NCBI GenBank assembly: GCA_013361935.1
Contig: JABFXC010000054.1
Coordinates: 678 to 64,677, forward strand
Direction of reading: 5' to 3'
Length of the DNA: 64,000 nucleotides
DNA from: Gemmatimonadaceae bacterium
GTDB lineage: Bacteria > Gemmatimonadota > Gemmatimonadetes > Gemmatimonadales > Gemmatimonadaceae
Both the position numbers and the translations under genes were made by a program. The notes beneath the pieces are model-generated. The model worked only from the letters and a program-made list of their open reading frames with translations, had not been told where the DNA came from and ran no database searches. This document shows, in pieces, positions 9,640 to 17,968 of this stretch. Positions within the stretch are counted from its first letter, which is position 1; each line of letters starts with the position of its first letter.

Positions 9640-10083
9640 CTACTCGATGTCCAGCCGGTCGTAGGCCAGTTCCATCGTCTCGATCGCGATCTCGTTGCCT
9701 TTCGCGTTCAGCGATGGACCGGTGAGCTTCGTGCACCACGCGTTGGTCAGCTTCCACTTGAGCACCGCGTTGTGCTGGTCGTCGAGGAGGTTGATGGTGA
9801 CGTTGCGCGTCGGCGGGAACGCCGTCCCGCCGTCGCGCACCTCCTTGCGCCATTCCCAGAGGACGAGCGAGCCGGTGATCCCGCGCTTGCAGGTGCAGTT
9901 CGGGTACTTCTCGATGCCGGGGAGCTTGCGCACCGTGTTCATCGCGTCGGCGCCCTCGCGGTACTCGATCGGCGTGTTCTCGCTGTCGAGCCCCGAGACT
10001 TCCTGGAAGGCGGCGATCTGCGCCCCGTCGATCTCGACGGTGAAGTTGAAGGCGCTGTACGGATTCGGTCGTGTGATGGCCAT
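9640..10083 (-). CDS. Tail tube protein 1 (T4 gp19-like, Afp1 position)
   Basis: 147 aa. MAITRPNPYSAFNFTVEIDGAQIAAFQEVSGLDSENTPIEYREGAD...KYPNCTCKRGI is the canonical tube signature. Confidence 0.9.
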   Translation of the reverse strand: MAITRPNPYSAFNFTVEIDGAQIAAFQEVSGLDSENTPIEYREGADAMNTVRKLPGIEKYPNCTCKRGITGSLVLWEWRKEVRDGGTAFPPTRNVTINLLDDQHNAVLKWKLTNAWCTKLTGPSLNAKGNEIAIETMELAYDRLDIE

Positions 10084-10107
10084 GGGCGGCGCTCGGGAGG
10101 GCGGGGG

Positions 10108-12222
10108 TCAGGTCTGGGTCGCGAAGCCGGTGATCTGCTCGATGCGGAAGATGACGAACTCGGCCGGACGCACGATCGCGACGCCGATCTCACAGATGAG
10201 CCTGCCGTTCTGGACGTCGTCGACCGTCATCGTCGACTCGTCGCAGCGCACGCGGTACGCGTCCTCGGGGCGGCGGCCGAAGAGCGCGCCGTCGCGCCAC
10301 TGCGTGTGGAGGAAGGCGCTCACGCTGTCGACGACGCGGCTCCAGGTGTCCGGAGCGTTAGGCTCGAAGACCACCCACTGCGTGCCGCGGTCGATCGACG
10401 CCTCGAGAAAGATCAGGAAGCGGCGGACGTTGATGTAGCGGAACTCGGGATCGCTGGAGAGCGTGCGGCCGCCCCAGACCCGGATGCCGCGCCCCTCGAA
10501 GCGGCGGATGACGTCGACGCCGCGCGGATTGAGCACGTCCTGCTCGCCCGTCGTCACGTACGCGCGCAGCCCCGTCACCCCGCGCACGACCTCGTTCGCC
10601 GGCGCCTTCCACACCCCGCGGTCGTTGTCGACGCGCGCGTAGATGCCGACGACGTGCCCCGACGGAGGCAGCCGCAGCGTGTCGTCGCCGACGGGCACCT
10701 CGACCCACGGCGTGTAGTACGCCGCGTACGACGAGTCGTAGAGATTGCGCGCGGCGAGCAGCGCGTTCACCGACTGCGGGTCCGATGGCGCGTCGAGCAC
10801 GGCGAAGCGGTAGCGCAGCCGCTCGGCCTGCGCGATCAGCGCCGTCTGCACCAGCGCCTGCGTCTCGCCCGGCGCGGCGAGGATGCGCACGTCGTCGATG
10901 TCGGCGAGCGCCTGCAGCCCGGTGCGCAGCCCCGGCCCGCCGTCGACGCCGACGATGTGCGTCCGCGCGCCGACCACCGGTGCGCCATCGGCGCCGCTTC
11001 CCGGCGCCGGACCGCTCGCCTGGCCGTTGAGGTTCACCGGCATCACCGCCTCGGTCGCCGGATCTTCCGCCGAGCCGCCGAACGCCCACGGCGGCTCGAC
11101 CCAGACGAGGCTCGAGCGCTGGTTGATCACCGTCGAGTAGTGGCGGCGCCTGACGGCCGGCGCGGCGTTCCCGGTCCAGGCGAGCCCGCGGAACACCTCC
11201 GTCGTCCGCGACGCGGTGTCCTCGACGGTGACGTCGATCTCGCGCACGATGACGACGCCGGCGACCGTGACGTTGTTCACCGGGGCGCTCACGCGGACCC
11301 GGCTCCCGGGCAGGATCTCGCGCACCGTCAGCTGCGTCACGACCATCGCGCCGCCGTGGACGAGCATGATCGACGCGCCGGGATAGAGCGACGTCGTCGA
11401 CTGCAGCTGGATGATGTCCGTCGCCACGGCGATCGCCGCCGTCACCGCGACCGGAGGCCGGTCGGCGGGAACGACGGTGATCATCAGCCGGTTGCCCCAG
11501 TCGCCCGGGCTCCGCGCGTAGAAGCGCGGACCGGCCGCCGGAGTGACGGGCGCGGTCGCGCTCGAGAATCGCACGATCACCCGGTCGGGCTCGAGCAGCG
11601 TCGGCGTCGCGCCGGCGCCGACGGTCACCGTCACCGCGCCCGTCGCGAAGTCGACCGCCGTGATCCCCATCGCCGTGAGCGCGGTGGGACCGGCGCTGAT
11701 CGGGGCGCCGTTCGCGCCGGTGATCGACACCGTCGTCGTGCCGGCGGGCGTCAGCGGCGCGACGGGGCCGGTCGGGGCGATGCCGACGAGCGAGGAGAGG
11801 AAGAGAACGTTGGACCCGCTCCGCACCTCCACGGTGCTCCGCAGCCGCGTCACCGAGCCCTGGTTGAGCTGGTGCACGGCGAAGGCGAACCCCGGCCGCA
11901 GCGCGCGCGCGATGTAGGCGCGCCGTCCGCCGTTGTCGAAGAAGGCGCGTACCGCGTGGCCGAGGAAGCGGTCGGGGCCCGGCGCATCGGCGGGCGCGCC
12001 GAAGGTCCGCTGGTAGGCGCCGAAGTTCGTGACGAGCAGCGGCGCGTCGTCCGGCGTGATCGCGAAGCCGCCGCCGGCGCCCACCGGGGGCAGCACCCCC
12101 GGCGCCGGCCCGCGGTCCGATTCCCCGACGAAGCCGGCCGTGCTCGTGCTCACTCCCTCGATCGCCTTCAGCCGGGCGGGGATCTCCTCGATGAATACGC
12201 CTGGGGATAGATACTCGGGCAT
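10108..12222 (-). CDS. Contractile tail sheath protein 1 (long form, 704 aa)
   Basis: MPEYLSPGVFIEEIPARLKAIEGVSTSTAGFVGESDRGP at the N-terminus. C-terminal INVRRFLIFLEASIDRGTQWVVFEPNAPDTW...AEFVIFRIEQ. Carries a large Thr/Ala/Val-rich central insertion. Confidence 0.9.
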   Translation of the reverse strand: MPEYLSPGVFIEEIPARLKAIEGVSTSTAGFVGESDRGPAPGVLPPVGAGGGFAITPDDAPLLVTNFGAYQRTFGAPADAPGPDRFLGHAVRAFFDNGGRRAYIARALRPGFAFAVHQLNQGSVTRLRSTVEVRSGSNVLFLSSLVGIAPTGPVAPLTPAGTTTVSITGANGAPISAGPTALTAMGITAVDFATGAVTVTVGAGATPTLLEPDRVIVRFSSATAPVTPAAGPRFYARSPGDWGNRLMITVVPADRPPVAVTAAIAVATDIIQLQSTTSLYPGASIMLVHGGAMVVTQLTVREILPGSRVRVSAPVNNVTVAGVVIVREIDVTVEDTASRTTEVFRGLAWTGNAAPAVRRRHYSTVINQRSSLVWVEPPWAFGGSAEDPATEAVMPVNLNGQASGPAPGSGADGAPVVGARTHIVGVDGGPGLRTGLQALADIDDVRILAAPGETQALVQTALIAQAERLRYRFAVLDAPSDPQSVNALLAARNLYDSSYAAYYTPWVEVPVGDDTLRLPPSGHVVGIYARVDNDRGVWKAPANEVVRGVTGLRAYVTTGEQDVLNPRGVDVIRRFEGRGIRVWGGRTLSSDPEFRYINVRRFLIFLEASIDRGTQWVVFEPNAPDTWSRVVDSVSAFLHTQWRDGALFGRRPEDAYRVRCDESTMTVDDVQNGRLICEIGVAIVRPAEFVIFRIEQITGFATQT

Positions 12223-12232
12223 TGCCCCTCCC

Positions 12233-12949
12233 TCACGGGATCGTGATGAACAGCGTGGATGGCTGGCCGATCGTGACCGGCAGCGGGAACACGGGTGACG
12301 CCGGCGCGACGAGCGCGGCGAACGCGGGCGGCGCGCGGAGCTCGACGCCGATCGACGCCGCGGCGCGGATCGCCGACGCCGGCGGGGGCGAGAGCGTCCG
12401 CACGTTAGGCAGCCGCAGGAGAAAGTCGCCGCCGGCGTCGGTGTACCCGTACGGCGCGCCGGCGGGGATCGGCGGCTCGCCGAGCGTGACGCGGTAGCCG
12501 GCCGCGGGCGCGCCCGCCGCGGTGCGGACGTTCCCGATCACCGCGGTCTCCCCCACCGGCAGGGCGAGCTGGCGCGTCGGCCAGAGACGGCGCGTGACGA
12601 TGAAGTCGCTCCGCACGGGAAAGAGGCCGGCGATCGGCCGCGGCAGCACCACCGCCGCCGGCTCGCGGTCGGCGTACTCACCGCCCGGCGCGCTGACGAC
12701 GACGTCCACCGCGCCGACCGGAGGAAGCGTCGCGTTCGACGCGAACAGCCGGTACGTCCCGTCGGCGGCGCGCCGCGCCGTCCATGGAAGCCGCGGCATC
12801 TCCGGGTACGGCGGGGCGATCGTCTCGACGCGCACGTCGAGGGGAAGCGTGATGGGCGCGCCGGTGAACGCGTCGACGAAGCGGAACGCCACCGCGAGGC
12901 GGTGGCGCACCCACGGATGCGAGATCGGCGCGAAGCCCGGCGCGGTCAT
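12233..12949 (-). CDS. Hypothetical eCIS-associated protein with carboxypeptidase-regulatory-like beta-sandwich
   Basis: Last 238 codons of tracked ORF 12233..13957, starting MTAPGFAPISHPWVRHRL. The segment GNVRTAAGAPAAGYRVTLGEPPIPAGAPYGYTDAGGDFLLRLPNV resembles a CarboxypepD_reg-like domain. ATGA overlap with the DUF4255 gene. Confidence 0.6.
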   Translation of the reverse strand: MTAPGFAPISHPWVRHRLAVAFRFVDAFTGAPITLPLDVRVETIAPPYPEMPRLPWTARRAADGTYRLFASNATLPPVGAVDVVVSAPGGEYADREPAAVVLPRPIAGLFPVRSDFIVTRRLWPTRQLALPVGETAVIGNVRTAAGAPAAGYRVTLGEPPIPAGAPYGYTDAGGDFLLRLPNVRTLSPPPASAIRAAASIGVELRAPPAFAALVAPASPVFPLPVTIGQPSTLFITIP

Positions 12950-13515
12950 GCGGGCACTCCGATCCGCGCGTCGATCACCGGCGCCGGCACCGGTCCCGGC
13001 GGCGGCGAGATGCCGACCACGCGCGCCATGTACGTGAGCGAGAGACGATACGGCACGTCGGCCGCGTCCCAGATGCGGTAGTGATCGTCGAGGCCCAGCG
13101 TCTCGAGCACGAGCTGCACGCCCTCGCCCGCCTCCCACGCGCTCCCGACGAGGTTCGCCGGCCCGAGCTCGGCGCGGTCGTACAGCACCTGCAGCACACG
13201 GCCGAGGATCAGCAGCTCCGCCGCGGTCTCCCGCGCCCACGCGGTGATCAGGTAGCACAGCTCGAGCGGGAGCGGCTGCCGCTGCACGCGGCCGTCGGGA
13301 AGGGTCCGCCTCCGCTCGTTGCGCATCTGCGGGTTGATCGCCACGCGGTAGAGGAAGACGGTGAGCGCGGGACGATCGGGGTTCACGTAGTCCCCGAAAT
13401 CGTCGGGCGTCGCGGCGACGATGCGCAGCGGGTCCACCATCGCCGCCGGGATCCCCGCACGCAGCAGTGTGAGGATCGTCTCGGTCATGTCGCGGAGGAC
13501 GTCGGCGCTCGCCAT
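12946..13515 (-). CDS. DUF4255 / Pvc16 N-terminal domain protein (tail terminator/cap, eCIS hallmark)
   Basis: 189 aa. MASADVLRDMTETILTLLRAGIP...PALTVFLYRVAINPQMRN...LPLELCYLITAW matches the conserved DUF4255 pattern. First structural gene of the operon. Confidence 0.8.
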   Translation of the reverse strand: MASADVLRDMTETILTLLRAGIPAAMVDPLRIVAATPDDFGDYVNPDRPALTVFLYRVAINPQMRNERRRTLPDGRVQRQPLPLELCYLITAWARETAAELLILGRVLQVLYDRAELGPANLVGSAWEAGEGVQLVLETLGLDDHYRIWDAADVPYRLSLTYMARVVGISPPPGPVPAPVIDARIGVPA

Positions 13516-13518
13516 CGC

Positions 13519-13920
13519 TCAGTCCGTACCGCGCTCGACCGGCGCGAGCCGCGAGAGGATCGCCGCGCCGAGTCCGGCCGGCGTGACGTCGGAGACGCTG
13601 CGATGCGTCGGCGTGAGCTCGTGCAGCCGGGCGCTCGCGCCGCGCTCGCTGACGAGGAGGATGCGCGTCCGCGGCGACTGGAAGAGGGCGCGGACGATTT
13701 CGTCGCGCGCGGTCGCGTCGCCGTCGCCGAGGGCACCGAGTATCACACCGTCCGCCCGCGTGCGCGCGACGATCGCGCCGATGTCGTCGTGGCCCTGGTC
13801 CTCCTCGACGTCGACGCGCGGGTGTCGCTCGAGCGCGTCGCGGAGCAGGTCGCGCAGCAGGCGCGGCATGCGCGCCAGCACGATGCGGATTCTGGTCGGA
13901 AGCTCGGCGGGAAGCGTCAC
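13519..13920 (-). CDS. Stand-alone degenerate receiver-like protein
   Basis: 133 aa with a CheY-like alternation (IRIVLARMP..., ADGVILGA..., RILLVSE) but lacking the acidic DD pair and the conserved Lys. Its stop is only 3 nt from the DUF4255 start, so it is probably co-transcribed. Confidence 0.55.
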   Translation of the reverse strand: MTLPAELPTRIRIVLARMPRLLRDLLRDALERHPRVDVEEDQGHDDIGAIVARTRADGVILGALGDGDATARDEIVRALFQSPRTRILLVSERGASARLHELTPTHRSVSDVTPAGLGAAILSRLAPVERGTD

Positions 13921-14014
13921 GCCCGAGAAGTGCGGCCGACCGCTCCTCGTCCGCCATGCACCTTCCGGTGCATCATGGATGGAGGCGGGATCTACACCCT
14001 CGCCTCCATCCCGC

Positions 14015-14749
14015 TCAGACGCGCGGCGATTCTTCCGGGGTCGAGCGCGCCGCGAGCGTGCGCGGCGCGTGGCGGCGCAGCTGGGCCACCGCCTCGGCGC
14101 GGCCGGAGACGCCGAGCTTGTCGAGGATGTTGTGGACGTGCTGCTTCACCGTCGCCAGCTCGATCCCGAGCCGCGCGGCGATCGCCTTGTTCGAGAGCCC
14201 GCCGTCGAGCAGCTCGGCGATGTCGCGCTCGCGCGCGGTGAGCGCGAGTGGGAGCTGGGCGGCGGCGAGCGGCCGGCGGCCTAGCTGGCGGAAGAGCGGT
14301 GCGGCCATGCACGACGAGCAGACCGTGCCCCCGTCGGCGACGCACTCGACCGCGCTCACCAGGTCGGCGAGCGATCCGTGGCTCGGCACGTAGCCGTCGA
14401 CGCCCGCCTCGGCGCAGGCGAGGACGTTCGCCGCGACCTCGATCAGCGCGTAGGCGACGACGCGCACCGCCGGCGCCTCGCGCACCGCGCGGCGGACGAG
14501 CGAGAGGGCGTCGGGCATGGCCATGTCGAGCACCGCGACGTCGACGCCGCCCGCGCGCATCCGCTCGAGCGCGGCGTCCGCGTTGTCCGCCGACGCGATC
14601 ACCTGCACGCAGCCGCGTCCGCTCAGGCTCTGCGCCAGCCCCTCGCAGTAGAGCCTAACGTCCGACACGACCAGCACGGCGATCGCGCGGGGACGAGCCT
14701 TGGCCGGCTCGAAGCCGCTCGCCGATCCCGACGAGGTGATGGGCGACAT
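14015..14749 (-). CDS. NarL/LuxR-family response regulator with atypical receiver domain
   Basis: 244 aa. LuxR HTH: LTARERDIAELLDGGLSNKAIAARLGIELATVKQHVHNILDKLGV. The receiver retains VAVLDMAMPD, but DD is SD (LVVSD), the T/S position is Ala (VVAYAL), and the Lys position reads GYVPSH. Confidence 0.85.
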   Translation of the reverse strand: MSPITSSGSASGFEPAKARPRAIAVLVVSDVRLYCEGLAQSLSGRGCVQVIASADNADAALERMRAGGVDVAVLDMAMPDALSLVRRAVREAPAVRVVAYALIEVAANVLACAEAGVDGYVPSHGSLADLVSAVECVADGGTVCSSCMAAPLFRQLGRRPLAAAQLPLALTARERDIAELLDGGLSNKAIAARLGIELATVKQHVHNILDKLGVSGRAEAVAQLRRHAPRTLAARSTPEESPRV

Positions 14750-14941
14750 GATGTCACCGCGAATCCATTGTCACGAGCGCCGGCCCCGCGACGGGCCGGC
14801 ATGCGATCGGCAATCTGCGTGATTTGTCGCACAAGGGAAGAGGGAACTTCGCGCCCGGTTAACCGTCGCTAATAAACAACTGAGGGGCGGCGGAGGTCCG
14901 CGTGCCCAGCGCGGCGGCCTAACGTTCCACCGACGGTTTGC

Positions 14942-17900
14942 CTAACGGTGGCAGCCGTGCTCCATCGACTCGCGGACCGACCCTTCGATGTCGTCCCCGA
15001 AGGTGGTGTCGAAGACGTAGTACGCGATGAGCCCGCCGGCGAACCCGACCACCGCGCCGACGGTCCCGCAGGCGACCGTTCCGACGCCGGGCACGACCAC
15101 CGTGCATGCGCCGCCCGCGCCCTCGCCGCCGACGATCGCCGCCGCGATCGCCGTCGCCAGCGCGCCGCCGGCCCCGCCGACGGTCCCCGAAACGGAGGCA
15201 CGCGCGGTCTTCGACCAGTAGTCGCTCGGCCCGAAATCGGTGCCGAGCAAGGATTCCTGCAGATACATCCCCCCGAGCGTGATCCCGCCCGACGCGACCC
15301 CGCCCCACGCCGTGCTCCCGGCGAAGCGCGCCGTCGGCGCGAGCATGCTCACCGGCGCCACCGACATCCCGCGCGCGGCGAGCATCTCCGCGGTGAGCAG
15401 CCCGCCCTGCGAGATCCCCATCCGCACGAGCTGGTCGCCGGTCACGGAGATCACCCCGCCCGCGCCGCCGACCCCGACGTTGAGCAGATACCGCCGCCCC
15501 GCGTACGGATCGGCGTTCCACGTCTGCGCCATCTGCGGAAGCCCGAGCAGCGCGCTCGTCGCGAGCCCCACCGCGCCGCCGACCCCCGCCGGCCTGCCGA
15601 GCGTCGCCGGGACGCCGTGCAGCTGCGCTTCCATCAGCTCCGGCGTCGCGATGCGCTCGAAGTACTGCCGCTGCAGCTGCGTCGCCGCGGTGCGGCCGGC
15701 CGGCGTGTCGGCGAACCCGGCGAAGTCGGACGCGCCGCGGAAATCGAAGCGCTGCCGGTAGTCGAGCAGCGGTCGGAGATGCGTCTCGGCCCCGATCCCG
15801 CTCGAGACGACCTGCGACCGGGCACGGTTGGCGACCTGCGCGATCGCGGCGCGGTAGCGGGCCTCCGAGATCTTTCCCGCGACGTAATCGGCGTTCAGCG
15901 CGGTGAAATCGCCGTACGTCACGACCGCCCCCGACGTCCCCTTGTGCTGCACCTGGATCGGCTGCTGTTGCATGAGCGCGGTGAGGATAGGCTCGTAGGC
16001 CGCCGGTCCGCCGCGGATCGAGGCGACGAGCGAATCCTGCGCCGCGGCGAGCGTCTCCGGGTTCACCGCGAAGCGCGTGTTGAGGAGCATCTCCTGCAGC
16101 GTCAGGTTCGGGTTCCCCTGCGTGCGCAGCAGCGCGAGCGCCTGCAGCCGCAGCGCCGGATCGCCCTGCGCGAACGCGACACGCCACGCTTCCTGGACCG
16201 TCGCCAGGCTCGGCGTCCCCCCCGGCGTTCCGGGGAGCTGCGTCTTCAGCTGCGTGTTCAGCCCGGTCGTCGGATCGAGGAAGTCGTATACCGGCGCGTT
16301 CGCCTGCACGTCGTTGAGGTCGATCACCCTCGGCGTCGTCGATCCCGGCATGATGGTCGCCGAGGCGTAGAGCGCCTCGCCCATCGCGCCGCGCCAGTTC
16401 ACGCGAAAGCCGCCGACCTGATCCGGGGTGAATGCGTAGGGCCCGGCGGTGACGACGGGGTCGACGAAGGTCCCCCAGTTGTATCCGGTGGCGGGAGTTC
16501 GCGGCAGCCCTCCCGCGAGCGCGAACCCGCCGCCGATCTGCGGCATTGCCGTGAGGCCTAACGGCGGAAGGAGGGGCGACATCGTCGTTCCCTGGCCGCC
16601 GAGCGACAGAAGTCCCGCCGTCGTCGAGACCGCGGGCGTCATCTGCGCGACGGGCTGCGGCGGGACCGACAGCACCATCGGCCCGGCCGTCGCCGCGGTC
16701 TGCCGCGCGAAGAACTCGGACGGCGACATCCGTGGGATCCCGAGCCGCTGGAGCATCCGGTCGAACTGGTCGGGGGTGACCACGAGCGCGCCACCCGTCG
16801 ACGCGCTCGTCGCCTCGGCATTCGAGTCGGCGCGGTCGATCACCAGCGTCGACGGGATGAGCCCCGGCTCGATCCGGTAGAGCGTCGCCGGCACGGCACT
16901 CACGTCCTCGTTCAGCCACGCGTGACCCGCCTGCGCGCGCCGGTCGCGCTCCGCGCCGACGCGACGCGCGAGGTTCGCGTAGTCCCAGTACTGATCCTCG
17001 CCGTGCCGGTGCGCCGCGTCCTTCGCCCGGATGTAGTCATGCGCCAGCCGCCAGTCGTCGAGGAGCCCCTGGTTGTCGAGCGAGCGCTCGTCCACCGCGC
17101 ACGGATCGAACGCCTGCGCGAGCGTCGCGTAATCGGGGAGCCAGCCACCATCGGTGACACTGGTGTCCGTCGGCCCGGGGGTCCCACCGGCCAGCGTTCC
17201 GTAGTCGGGGAGCCGGCCCGCATCCGAGCTTCCGCCGTCGGCGGTGCCTGCGTCGGCGGTGCCGGCGTCGGTCCCGTGATGCTCCTCCTGCCGCTGCACG
17301 CTCGGCCGCGCGATCGTGCCCTCGCGCTGCTGCACCACATGAACCAGCTCGTGCGCGATCAGCTCGCGACCGGCGCGCGACCGGGGCGCATATTCTCCCT
17401 CGCCGAACACGATGTCGCGGCCGGTCGTGAAGGCACGCGCGCCGAGTGCAGCGGCCGCGTCGGCCGCCGCGCCCCCGGTGTGCACGCGCACCTCATCGAG
17501 CGGCGCGCCGAGTCTCGGCTCGACGAAGGCGCGCGTCTCGCCGTCGAGCGGACGGCCGGCACCGAGCGCGGCAAGCAGCGCCGCCGGCGCATCGCTCCCC
17601 GCGCCGCCCGTGTCGCCGCGCTTCAGGAGCAGCTCCTCCTCGCACTCGGCGCAGAGCGGACGCCCAGCGGCGCACGCCGCGCAGCGCTGCACCATTCCAG
17701 CCGAGCCCGCCCCGCGCGGACTCACCGCCGCGTGCTCCTCCCCGCCGACGAGCCGCTGCGCGACTTCGTTCGCCTCGCGCTCGCGTGCATCCGTCGCGGC
17801 GACGACGCGTGGCTTCGCGCGGATCGCGAGGGCGCGGAGCAGCCTGCGGTTTCCGCGCGCGAGCAGCGCGTCGAGCGCGCCGCGGCCAGACGCGCGTCCG

Positions 17901-17968
17901 CCGCCGCGCGGGGAACTTCCCCGCGCGCGCGCCGGTTGAGCCTCCGCCGTGGTCGTTCGCCCGGACAT
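14942..17968 (-). CDS. DUF4157 (zincin-like, HExxH) domain protein with large unknown middle region and glycine-zipper hydrophobic C-terminus; candidate eCIS cargo/toxin
   Basis: 1008 aa. Disordered basic N-terminus, then Cys cluster QRCAACAAGRPLCAECEEE. DUF4157 core ETRAFVEPRLGAPLDEVRVHTGGAAADAAAALGARAFTTGRDIVFGEGEY...ELIAHELVHVVQQ. The last ~200 aa are Gly/Ala/Val-rich (GVGGAGGVISV, GGVASGGITLGGMY, GTVGGAGGALATAIAAAIVGGEGAGG, GTVGAVVGFAGGLIAYYVF). Confidence 0.85.
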   Translation of the reverse strand: MSGRTTTAEAQPARARGSSPRGGGRASGRGALDALLARGNRRLLRALAIRAKPRVVAATDAREREANEVAQRLVGGEEHAAVSPRGAGSAGMVQRCAACAAGRPLCAECEEELLLKRGDTGGAGSDAPAALLAALGAGRPLDGETRAFVEPRLGAPLDEVRVHTGGAAADAAAALGARAFTTGRDIVFGEGEYAPRSRAGRELIAHELVHVVQQREGTIARPSVQRQEEHHGTDAGTADAGTADGGSSDAGRLPDYGTLAGGTPGPTDTSVTDGGWLPDYATLAQAFDPCAVDERSLDNQGLLDDWRLAHDYIRAKDAAHRHGEDQYWDYANLARRVGAERDRRAQAGHAWLNEDVSAVPATLYRIEPGLIPSTLVIDRADSNAEATSASTGGALVVTPDQFDRMLQRLGIPRMSPSEFFARQTAATAGPMVLSVPPQPVAQMTPAVSTTAGLLSLGGQGTTMSPLLPPLGLTAMPQIGGGFALAGGLPRTPATGYNWGTFVDPVVTAGPYAFTPDQVGGFRVNWRGAMGEALYASATIMPGSTTPRVIDLNDVQANAPVYDFLDPTTGLNTQLKTQLPGTPGGTPSLATVQEAWRVAFAQGDPALRLQALALLRTQGNPNLTLQEMLLNTRFAVNPETLAAAQDSLVASIRGGPAAYEPILTALMQQQPIQVQHKGTSGAVVTYGDFTALNADYVAGKISEARYRAAIAQVANRARSQVVSSGIGAETHLRPLLDYRQRFDFRGASDFAGFADTPAGRTAATQLQRQYFERIATPELMEAQLHGVPATLGRPAGVGGAVGLATSALLGLPQMAQTWNADPYAGRRYLLNVGVGGAGGVISVTGDQLVRMGISQGGLLTAEMLAARGMSVAPVSMLAPTARFAGSTAWGGVASGGITLGGMYLQESLLGTDFGPSDYWSKTARASVSGTVGGAGGALATAIAAAIVGGEGAGGACTVVVPGVGTVACGTVGAVVGFAGGLIAYYVFDTTFGDDIEGSVRESMEHGCHR

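Noticed and set aside
9196-12210. 1004-aa plus-strand ORF, together with many other long ORFs: 1404..2771, 2221..3636, 5007..7484, 8023..9144, 8753..9853, 14919..16919, 14948..16561, 17972..20359, 24466..26766, 29231..31975, 42695..45565, 42787..45606, 51660..53249, 55584..57608, 59472..60890 and others.
   Set aside because: Their translations are Arg/Ala/Gly/Pro/Asp-rich low-complexity strings (RRRRA, GRRG and similar) lying antisense to or out of frame with CDSs that have clear family motifs. These are typical shadow ORFs of a ~70% GC genome.
1-13515. Prophage tail region, R-type tailocin or T6SS as alternative readings of the contractile gene set.
   Set aside because: There are no head, portal, terminase, integrase, holin or endolysin genes, and no TssB/TssC pair, TssJLM or ClpV. 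The presence of a DUF4255 cap, a LysM-tube protein and an adjacent DUF4157 protein favours eCIS. A tailocin cannot be fully excluded without the flanking sequence.
14778-14799. GCCGGCCC-cgcgac-GGGCCGGC hairpin in the leader of the LuxR regulator gene, considered as a terminator or attenuator.
   Set aside because: A short GC hairpin without a U tract, of a kind expected by chance in this composition. It is not distinctive enough to call.
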